Positions 8,823 through 18,700 of a stretch of 64,000 nt of DNA are shown here, one piece after another. The notes beneath the pieces are model-generated. The model was not told the DNA's origin. It saw only the letters and a program-made list of their open reading frames with translations, and ran no database searches. The translations under genes and the position numbers were made by a program. Source of the DNA: an uncultured Clostridia bacterium (lineage in GTDB: Bacteria > Bacillota > Clostridia > TANB77 > CAG-508); contig CAKPGD010000001.1 of the NCBI GenBank assembly GCA_934154515.1, positions 2,809 to 66,808 on the forward strand, written 5' to 3'. The number at the start of each line of letters is the position of its first letter. Within the stretch, counting starts at the first letter, position 1.

Positions 8823-11312
8823 TTATTTAACTTCTCTTTTCTTAATTTTTGCTACCATAACTGTCATATCATCTTTTGGTCTTCCATAGTTGTTGTCTAT
8901 TGCTTCTTGAAGTATTATGTCTGCAATCTTTTGTGCATCGTCTGTTTCGATATCTTCTAATAAGAATTTTACCCATAGTTCTTTATTTGTATATTCTTCT
9001 GAAGATTCTAGTATTCCATCACTGCACATTACAAGTATGTCTCCATCTTGTAAGTCTTTATCATATACTACTAAGTCTATATCATTTAATATTCCTGTTG
9101 GTAATGATAGAGATTTTAATACTTGTACATTTTTCCTATTTTTTACATATGTAGGACATGCACCATTTTTTATGAATTCTAGTTTTTCGCTATATAAATC
9201 AAATATTCCTATATCTAGTGTTGCATACATGTCTTCTTCGTTTATGCTAGCTAATGTTGAGTTTATTAATCTTAATGATGTGTCTCTATCAAATCCTGAT
9301 GATAGTAATTTATCTAACATTGCTATTGCCATGTTGCTACTTCTTTTTGCTTCTTTTCCTGAACCCATTCCGTCACTTATTGCAAGTAGGTATTTTCCGT
9401 CTTCTAGTTTTGTTTGTATACTACTGTCTCCTGATACTATTGAGTCTGCTTTAGTAATTCTTGCAACTCCTACTTGTATTTGCATTTTATCTTCTGTTAC
9501 AAATGTATATATGCATTTGTCTGTTTTCTCTCTTATTCCACATTTTTGTTTTTGTAGTATCATCTTTTGTCCTAATGATTTTGTTAAAATTCGTGACATT
9601 TTTTTGATATTGCATTTTGGCTTTTCCACATTTTCACATATTTCTGTGTATAAGTTTACTACCGTTCTTCCTGTTTGCTCTTTTTTTATGTTTATGTCTT
9701 TTATTTCTATATCTATTTCTTTTAGTAAATTTTTTATTTCTTGTTTTTTGTCTTCGTATTCATCTTCTTCTGGCTTTTCTATATCTTCTGCTAGTTTTCC
9801 TATTGCCTTAGATACTTCTTCTAATTGGTTTGATACTGCTTTTTTGTTTTCGTCTAATTTTTTCTTCCATATAAAGTTTAGTTTACTTACTCTATATGAA
9901 TTATTTATTACTTTTATTATTTGTGAAATGTCGTCTTTTATTTCTTCATTCATTATGATGTAATTGTTATGTTTTGCTAAAATGTCTATTAGGTCTTTAT
10001 CTACTATTATTTCACTTTCCAATAGTTTCATGAAGATATCTTCAACTAAATTATCTTCTGGTGAATATATATCGTCAAATAATATATTTTCTTCTAGTCC
10101 TTCTAAATTGCTTTGTAGTTCTTTTTCGAATATTTTATAGTTTTCTTTTTCTTGCTCTTTTAGCTCTTCTTCATCTACTATTGTAGCTGCTGCTTCTTTA
10201 TAGCTTTTTGCAATTTCTGATATTGTTTCTGACATTGCTTCTAATTTAAATATCGTATCTTTATTTTCTTCTAAGTTCTTTCCTGTTGTTTCTGGAAGTA
10301 GTTTTATAGAAGGATTTATTTGTTCTATATCTATTTTCATTTTTTTAGGTATTGCAAGTAGTCCTAATGCCGCAATTAGTATTTCGTGTGCATTTATTAG
10401 GTCTTGCGTGTTTCCATTTGCAACATATGAAAGTGCTATATTTCCTAAAATGAAACCTATTATTACTCCAATTTTTCCAAATTTGCTGAATATTCCTGCT
10501 ATCATTCCAGATAGTGCATATGATGATACCATTCCTATATCTCCAGTACCTATTATTCCTAAAACTGTACCTACTGTTACTCCTGTTGTTGCTCCTACTA
10601 ATATTCCATTTTTCCAGCCCATTACTAGTACTATTAATATGCATAATATATTTTTTACTGAATATCCAAATACTACAAAATTTCCTATGCATGATACTGC
10701 AATTGCAAGTAATAAGCTTGTCCCCATTACTTCTTCTATTGAGTATGCTCTTTGCTCTCCTATTCCTTGTATTACTGGAATTGCGTTTGAGAATATTTTG
10801 TAAAATATAAACACGCATACACTATTCATTATTGTTATTAGTATGTCATATATTACAAATTCTTTTATAAATATTAATTTTATAAGCCCTATTATTAGGC
10901 AAGATAAAAATACTCTTATTCCTATTCTTCTTTTCTCGTTGTTTTCTTCTGCATATTTTGGAGGTTTTATTAATATACTAAATAATAACATTAATGCTAT
11001 TAGTACATAATTTAATGTGCTTTCTCCTCCGAATGCTATCGTGTTTGCTATTCCTATTATTACAAGAGGTATCCCTACTGGAACTCCATTTGCTAGTATT
11101 GCTGAAAGCATTGCTATTCCAAATGGTGCTAGATCTTTATTTATACCAAATGATACTAGTGATACCATAAAAGATACTATATATAATAATATTTTTTGTT
11201 TTGAAAATACTCTATTTACTAATTCTTTTATTTTTTCTTTTTTAGTTACTTCTTCGTATTCGTTTTGACTTTCGTCAATATTTCTCTCTATATTTTGAAA
11301 CATCCTTACCAC
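8823..11312 (-). CDS. spoIIE: Stage II sporulation protein E (SpoIIE), polytopic membrane PP2C phosphatase
   Basis: 829 aa. The N-terminal half has about 10 TM helices. The C-terminal PP2C domain reads LLAISDGMGSGKEAKRSS...DGDILVMCSDG. Length matches SpoIIE. Confidence 0.9.
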   Translation of the reverse strand: MVRMFQNIERNIDESQNEYEEVTKKEKIKELVNRVFSKQKILLYIVSFMVSLVSFGINKDLAPFGIAMLSAILANGVPVGIPLVIIGIANTIAFGGESTLNYVLIALMLLFSILIKPPKYAEENNEKRRIGIRVFLSCLIIGLIKLIFIKEFVIYDILITIMNSVCVFIFYKIFSNAIPVIQGIGEQRAYSIEEVMGTSLLLAIAVSCIGNFVVFGYSVKNILCILIVLVMGWKNGILVGATTGVTVGTVLGIIGTGDIGMVSSYALSGMIAGIFSKFGKIGVIIGFILGNIALSYVANGNTQDLINAHEILIAALGLLAIPKKMKIDIEQINPSIKLLPETTGKNLEENKDTIFKLEAMSETISEIAKSYKEAAATIVDEEELKEQEKENYKIFEKELQSNLEGLEENILFDDIYSPEDNLVEDIFMKLLESEIIVDKDLIDILAKHNNYIIMNEEIKDDISQIIKVINNSYRVSKLNFIWKKKLDENKKAVSNQLEEVSKAIGKLAEDIEKPEEDEYEDKKQEIKNLLKEIDIEIKDINIKKEQTGRTVVNLYTEICENVEKPKCNIKKMSRILTKSLGQKMILQKQKCGIREKTDKCIYTFVTEDKMQIQVGVARITKADSIVSGDSSIQTKLEDGKYLLAISDGMGSGKEAKRSSNMAIAMLDKLLSSGFDRDTSLRLINSTLASINEEDMYATLDIGIFDLYSEKLEFIKNGACPTYVKNRKNVQVLKSLSLPTGILNDIDLVVYDKDLQDGDILVMCSDGILESSEEYTNKELWVKFLLEDIETDDAQKIADIILQEAIDNNYGRPKDDMTVMVAKIKKREVK

Positions 11313-11509
11313 CTCATACTTTTAATTCTTTTTTCTTTAGTTATTTTAATACAGCTGTCCTGTATTTTTTGTCATATTTAAGTATGAAATTTAAAAAGTT
11401 TTTTACAACTTTTGATATATTTTTTTATTTATTTTCTTTTTATTTATTTTTTCCGTAATATTTTTGTATATTCTATCGCAAAATAGCAGAAAATACAAGA
11501 CCTATACAT

Positions 11510-11545
11510 AAAAATAGCAAATGCTTTATCACATTTGCTATTTTT
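11510..11545 (-). terminator. Bidirectional rho-independent terminator downstream of the 11625-12551 gene
   Basis: The inverted repeat aatagcaaatg...catttgctatt is flanked by A-runs and T-runs. Confidence 0.55.
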
Positions 11546-11624
11546 ATTGTTTTATTTTTATCTATTTTCTTATCTTTATAATTTTAATTGTTTTATATTT
11601 GATTTTGTTAATTTCTGTATAGTT

Positions 11625-12551
11625 TTATCTATTTAATTCTTGTTTTTGTTCTTGTTCTTTTTGAACTATAAGTTTTTCTGCTGTTTCTTTATATACTTTT
11701 TGTTCTTTTTTTACATCATTTTCATTGTGCATATATTTATATACATTTTGTAATTTTTCTGATTGTTTTATTATTTCTAAGCAGTCTTTAAAATCTTCTT
11801 TATTTTCTATGCTATTATCTTTTATTTCTACTCCTGTTGCATCATATACAGCAACTGTTTTTCCGTCTATTTTAAATTCATATAGACCATTTTGTATTTT
11901 CTTTAATTCTTGGTTGCTTTGTAGTTTTTCATTTTGCGTTTGAGATGTTCTTTCATATGATATATCATTATTAAAATTATCTTTATTTGCAATTACTGTT
12001 TCGTTTAAATGATAGTATTCTAGTTGTTCTGCAGTTATTGGATTTTCTTTATGTTCCTTATTATATGCTTCTACCATTTTTTCTTTTGTAAATTCCGTTA
12101 TTGCTTCATCTCTATCATTTTCTTTTATTTTGCTGTCTATTTTTTCGAATAATTCATCATATGAATCTTTTTCTAAATTTTCTTCTATGTTTTTATCATA
12201 TGAATGATCTTGTGTTTCTATTGTAACTGGTTCTTGTTTATATGCGTTGCTTATTGTATATGTGCCTCCTAAAACAGCTACTGATAGCATTCCCATTCCT
12301 GCCATTACTTTTAACTTTTTTATTCTTGCTTTTTTTATTTCATAGTCTTTTTTTATTTTTGGATGTTTTTCTAAATATTCTTTTATTATTACTTTTTTAT
12401 TTTTTTTGAATTCCTCTTCTATTCCTTTTTGGAATTCTCTTCTCATTTCTTTATCTGTAGTTTTTGCAATTTGATTTCCATAGTATTCTTTTTTATACCA
12501 CTTTTTTGCTATTTTTTCTAATTGTTTATCTATATTCATTAATTTGCTCAT
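11625..12551 (-). CDS. Hypothetical Lys/Glu-rich protein with single internal TM segment
   Basis: 308 aa. Has a highly charged N-terminus, a TM (VMAGMGMLSVAVLGG) and a charged C-terminal part. No recognisable catalytic motif. Confidence 0.5.
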   Translation of the reverse strand: MSKLMNIDKQLEKIAKKWYKKEYYGNQIAKTTDKEMRREFQKGIEEEFKKNKKVIIKEYLEKHPKIKKDYEIKKARIKKLKVMAGMGMLSVAVLGGTYTISNAYKQEPVTIETQDHSYDKNIEENLEKDSYDELFEKIDSKIKENDRDEAITEFTKEKMVEAYNKEHKENPITAEQLEYYHLNETVIANKDNFNNDISYERTSQTQNEKLQSNQELKKIQNGLYEFKIDGKTVAVYDATGVEIKDNSIENKEDFKDCLEIIKQSEKLQNVYKYMHNENDVKKEQKVYKETAEKLIVQKEQEQKQELNR

Positions 12552-12700
12552 AATTACTCCTCCTATGTGCTAAATCTATGTTAATTATACTACTTTTAAA
12601 AACAATTGTCAAAATTTTACAGAATTCGTAATTTTTAATTTTTTTATATTTTTATAATTTTATTTTTATGTTTTTTATTTTGAGTTTGATTTTTTTATTT

Positions 12701-15700
12701 TTACATTATTACTTCTATATCATATATTTTTCCATCGTCTATTAATTTTAGTTCCTTTTGTTCTATTTCTTGCCCGTTTACTTTAAATATTTCTACACCT
12801 GTATTTTTTTCGTCTGGATTTTTTACCTTTATATTATAAATTGTATCTTTATATTGGTAATGAATACTATACTCTTTCCATGTTTTGTCTATGCATGGTT
12901 GTATTTTTAATGTATTATTTTCTATTTTTAAACCTAATATATATTCTATTCCTGCTTTTAGCATCCAGCTTGCTGAACCAGTATACCATGTCCAACCGCC
13001 TCTTCCTGCTAAATTTTTGTGTCCATAAATATCTGCTGATATTACATATGGTTCTACCTTATATTTATTTGCTGATTCCATTGTTTTTGAGTGTTCTATT
13101 GGATTTATCATTCTAAATAGGTCTACTGCTTTATCTCCAAACCCTAACATTGCCTCTGCAATTATTGCCCATATTGCTCCATGTGTATATTGTCCTCCAT
13201 TTTCTCTAGTTCCTGGTAAATATGCTTTTATATAACCTGGCTCTAATTTGCTTTTTTCAAATGGTGGATCTAATAATTTTATTATTCCGTTTTCTCTGTC
13301 TATTAAATGGTTTTCTAAGCTTTCCATTGATATAAATTTTTTATCGTTATCTCCTGCTTTTGAAATTGTTGCCCAGCTTTGTGATATTCCATCTATTCTG
13401 CATTCTTCGTTTTGAAGACTTCCTAGTTCTTCGCCATCATCTGTGTATGCTCTTTTATACCATCTTCCATCCCATCCTGCTGTGTTTAATGCTTTTTTTA
13501 ATTTTTCTGTTGTTTGCTTATATCTAGCTATTGTTTCATTTAATTTTTGTTCTTGAGTAATAATTTCTTCTTTATTTGCTATTTCTTGTTGACTTTCTTG
13601 TTGACTTTCTTGTTGATTTTTCTGTTGATTTTCTTGTTGTTTCTCTTGTTGATTTTCTTGTCGTTTCTCTTGTTGTCTTTCTTGTTGCTCAATTATTTGC
13701 TGTTCTTTTTCTATTTTTTCTTTTTTAGCTTCCATTATTGGTATTAATTTGTTTAATACATCATAAAGGAAAAATCCTAGCCATACACTTTCACCTTTTC
13801 CTTTGTTTCCTACTGTACTCATGCTATCGTTCCAATCTCCTGAGCCCATTTTTGGAAGTCCATGTTCTCCAAAGTTCATTGATTTTTCTATTGCTCTTAT
13901 GCAGTGTTCATATATACTTTCTTTTATATTACTTTCTTCATATAAATCGTATCTTTCATCCACGCCTTCTTCTAGTATTGCTCCTTGTACATATGGTACT
14001 TGTATGTCTAATATTGTATAGTCTCCTGTCTGATTTATATATTCTGCTGTTAAATATACAAGCCATAATAAGTCATCTGAGAATCTTGTTCGTATTCCTT
14101 TTCTGTTTTCTTCATGCCACCAGTGTTCTACATCTCCTTCTATAAATTGATGGGCGGCATGCTTTATTATTTGTTTTTTCATGAATTCTGCATCTAAATA
14201 TTTTATTCCTAATGTGTCTTGAAGTTGGTCTCTATAACCGAATGCCCCTCCTGACTGATAAAATCCGCTTCTTCCCCATAATCTACATACTATTGCTTGA
14301 TATGCTAGCCATCCATTTAATAATATGTTAAATGATTCTACTGGTGTCTTTACTTGTAGCTTTCCTAGTAAGTTACTCCAATATTTTTTTACTTTATCTA
14401 ATTCATCTATGCAGTTTGATATTTTAGCAAACCTATAACTGTTATCTAAACTTGTTATTTTGTCTTCTTCCATTCCAAATATAAATGATATGTCCTTTGA
14501 TTCAAATGCTTCTAGTTCGACATTTATTTGAATTGCAATAACATTATCTATTCCTAGTGAATTTTCGTTGTTTAAACTTACTTTTCTTAATGCTTCTGGG
14601 TTGTTGAATGTTCCATTTCCTATAAAAAATTTCCTACTTCCTGTATATGATTCTATTTCTTCGCTGCATGAGACATAGGCATATTCGTTTTTATTTGATA
14701 TTTCATTTTTTACAAGAATTGTGTTTGAATTTTTTACAAATTCAAGGTTTATATATCCGTTTGAATTTATTTCGTCTTCTCCTAGCACTGGTTTTATATA
14801 ATATACTAGTTTTACTTTTTTTCTGTTTTGTGATAGATTTTTTAAGTTTAGTAGATTTATTTTTACATTGTTTTCGGTTGCTACAAATATGTTTAAATTT
14901 TGTGCTATTTCCATACTTGTATGACTGTATTTTGAGTATCCAAAACCATATGTTACTAAATAATCGTTGTTGTCTGGCATTGGGTTTAAACCTAATGACC
15001 ATGTTTTGCTTGTTGTTTCTTCTTTTAGATATATTACTTCTGAAGGATTATCTATTACTTGATTATTTGACCATGATGACATTCTATTTAATCTACTGTT
15101 TTTACTCCAAGTGAATCCTCCTTGTGCTTCTGTTACAAGTGTTCCAAAGTTACTGTTTGCCATAACATTACTCCATACTGTTGGAAGTCTTCTTTCTTTA
15201 TTTACTCTTATCAAATATTCTTTTCCATCTTTAGAAAATCCACCATATTCATTAAAATATTTTAAGTTTTCTGCTTCTAATAATGATGATGTTTTTTCTT
15301 CTTCTAATATTATTTTTTTAGGTACCTCATAGCCTATTTCTTTTAGTGTGTCTTCATATTCTTCTTCTATATCTTTTAATTGCCTTTCTAACGGTCCTTT
15401 ACTACTGTCTATTATTAGATTTGCTCTATATTCTAAAAGTTCTTTGCTTTCTAAGTCATCTATTATAAATATTCCTCCTCTTATATTTTGCATATAAGAT
15501 AGATTTTGATTTAATATTCCATTTATTATGCTTTCTTTTACATATCTTTCGTATTTGTTTTCTTCTTTGTCTAATATTACTAAATCTATATTTATGTTTT
15601 TTGACCTATAAAATTCGTATGCTTTTAGAATTTCTTCTAATATATATGTTTCGTTTACTTCTTGCATTTCTAATAGTACTATTGGAAGATCTCCTGAAAT

Positions 15701-18700
15701 TCCGTATTTCCATAAATTTTCTTGTGAATAGTCTTTTTCTGGTAATTTGTTTAAATATAGTTTCTTTAACGGATTTTGATATAATATATATCCTAGCATT
15801 TTTTGATAGTTTTCTATATCTTTATGCTTTATTTCTAAATATCTTGCTTCTGCTTCTACTCTAGCCTTTGATAGTTCAAAAGTTTTCTTTATTTTTTCTT
15901 CATTTGAATATTCTTTTACATTTTGTATAGCTGTTTTTCTTTCTTGTGATGCTGAAATTATTAAGCTTAGGTTTGATGTTTTTTCTGGTTCTATTTTTAT
16001 AGTTCTTTTTATTGCTACTATTGGATCTGTTACTAAATTTGTACTTTTTGAAAATGGTTTTGAGTTTTCTACCATTATTGGAAGATTTATATTTCCTCTA
16101 CCATAAAATTTTTCTTTATCTATTTCGTATTCTAGTTCTCCTATTGTTTCGTTATTAGTATACAATGTTACGGCCATATACATTTCTTTTTCTTCAGCTG
16201 TATGTTTTCTTCTTTTTACTACTAAAATATTTTCATCCTCTAAATATTCAAATGTTAGAAATAAATTGTTAAATGCAGGGTGCGCATAGTCTTGAATTGC
16301 TTTAGATAGTACTGGCTCTAAGCTTGTTGTTATTTCTAATGTTTCTTCTTCTAACCCATAATTTTTTAATTCTATATTTCTTATTTCTACCGCTTCTTCT
16401 GGAGCTACCGTTACTTTTAATTTTGTTTCTACAGACCCATCTAATCTTCTTATTTTGCTTACATCTTCGGAAAAACTTACTTCATATTTATCTGGTTTTG
16501 GCAAATAATTCATATAGTTTGATGTCCAAATTTTATTATTTCTAATATTTTTCAAATAAAATACTATTCCTTGTATTTCATCTGAAAGTGGTTTATATCT
16601 ATTTATTAAAACGTCATCTAGCCTGCTAAATCCATTTCCTTTTTGATCCATTACTATTAAATACTTATCATTTGCTATTGCATTTATTATATTTCGTTTT
16701 TCATTTATTTTATTAAATACTCTTGTTGCATTGCTTTCATAGTCCATATATTTTATTTTTTCTGGCTTTTTCTTTTCTTCTTTTGTTATTATCATGTCTT
16801 CTGGCATTTTTTCCTGTAATAGTATATCAACTGCTTCTATTTCCGGATTTTCGTTAAATCTTTTTACTAATATATCATCATTAAACAAGTTGTTTATTGA
16901 TAGTAATATTAAGGCTTGATGATGTGCCATATATGTTTTTACTACTTCATATTTTTTGCCTTTGCTTAAATTTCTTGGTGTAAAGTCTAAAGATTCATAA
17001 AAGCCGTATTTGCCATACATTTTATATTTTTCTAGTTCTTTAAAGTTTTCTATAACTTTATTTGGTATTTCTTTTAATGCTAATGCTGATGCATAGCTTG
17101 CAACTACTATGTCATCTTCTAGTCCTCTTTTTAATCCTAACCACGGAATTCCTATTGCTTTATATTGATAGTTATTGTTTAGGTCTTTTACATTAAATGC
17201 TGTTTCTGAAAATCCCCATGGTATTTCTAATTTTTTTGCATATTGCATTTGATTACTTATCATAAATTTACAAGATTCATCTAATAGGCTTCCTTTATAT
17301 TTTTTCATTATTATATTTGGCATTAGATATTCAAAAGCTGTTCCTGACCATGATATTAATCCTTTATATTCTCCAAGTACTGTTAGAGTTCTGTTTAAAT
17401 TATACCAATGTTTTTCTGGCACATCTTTTTTTGCTATTGCTACAAAGCTTGCTCCTCTTGCTTCTGAAGCTAATAAGTCATAATATGAATCTGTTAGTTT
17501 GTTTTCTTCTATATTAAACCCTATTGAAAATATATTTTTTTCTTTATCATATAGCTTACTAAAATCTGCATTTGCTATTGATATTTCATTTATTGGTTTA
17601 TTTACCCAGTTTGGAATTAGTTCTAGTAGTTTTTCATTTTTACCTATTTTTTCTATAATTTCTTTATAAAATTCTTTTAATACATATACATATTCTATAA
17701 AGTTTCCGCTATCTACTGTTGATATATACCTTGGTATTAATGGTTCTAACGTTTTTGTATTATACCAATTGTATAAATGCCCATTCCATTTTTGTAATTT
17801 TTCTATTGTTGTAAGCATTTTGTTTAAAAGTAATAATGTGTCTTCTAAATTTTCATAGCCCAGGTCATAACTTGCAATTACCGTTAGAAGTCCTAATCCT
17901 ATATTTGTAGATGATGTTCTTGAGACTATTTTTTCTGTTCTATCTTCTTGATAATTATCTGGTGGTAAAAAATTGTTTTTTTCGTTAATATTTTCTTTAA
18001 AGAATTTCCATGTTCTTCTTCCTATTTCAAGTAAGTATTCTTTATCTTCTTTAACTACTTTTTCTATTGCTTTTTCTTCTTTTTTTGTTTTACTTATATA
18101 GCACATAAATGCTGGTGTTATAAGCCAAAGTATAGCAAGTATTAATATTAATACGTTTTTTAATGCTAAAAAATATATTATACCCAATATTCCTAGAACT
18201 ACATTTGAAAACATATTTTTATAATAAGTTTTTAAATCTTGTTTGCTTAATTTTTCGCTTTCTTCTGATGTTATCCATTCTAGCAAGTGTTTATTGCTTA
18301 TTTTCATTCTGTATATACTTTTTATCATAGCATTTAAAGATGTATAGGCCTTGTCTGGTAATGTTGCTATTGCTATTACTCCTCTTATTATACTTGCTAA
18401 AAATGAATTTATTGTAGATTCAAATCTTTTTTGATATTTATTTCCTACTTTTCTAAATACTATTTTATTTATTATATCTATTATTGTTGGCATTATTATT
18501 GATATTATTGCGATTGCCATATATATTGAAGAATATTTTATTTTTAAACCCCTTGATATTGCGAAAATTATTATTAGTAAAACTGATGTAATAGGAAGGA
18601 TTTCTCTTATTAAATTATCTAATATCTTGTACCTACATAAAATATTTAATGGGTTTTTCTTTTTTATTTCTTTTCTATTTATGATGTTTTCTTTAGTCCA

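Noticed and set aside
8917-9963. 348-aa plus-strand ORF antisense to spoIIE. Similar long plus-strand ORFs occur at 40809-41747, 43215-43808, 61408-61932 and 62968-63825.
   Set aside because: They have Ser/Phe/Leu-rich low-complexity translations and no RBS. They lie entirely inside well-supported minus-strand genes. They are antisense shadows typical of AT-rich coding DNA.
11313-11624. Spo0A boxes or a small RNA gene in the 312-bp spacer upstream of spoIIE
   Set aside because: Only weak TGTCATA-like half matches and no exact TGTCGAA 0A box were found. The only structured element is the terminator hairpin at 11510-11545.
13580-13692. Repeat array that might be a CRISPR locus
   Set aside because: The units are 15 nt, contiguous with no spacers, and in-frame inside a coding sequence (a Gln/Glu-rich linker). 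It is not a CRISPR array.
14742-15002. 86-aa Lys/Arg-rich minus-strand ORF inside the Cgs-like gene. The same reasoning applies to 10345-10818, 33618-34067, 50850-51110, 52589-52855 and 57207-57440.
   Set aside because: These are alternative-frame ORFs nested in larger, motif-supported genes with no independent signals. They are spurious.
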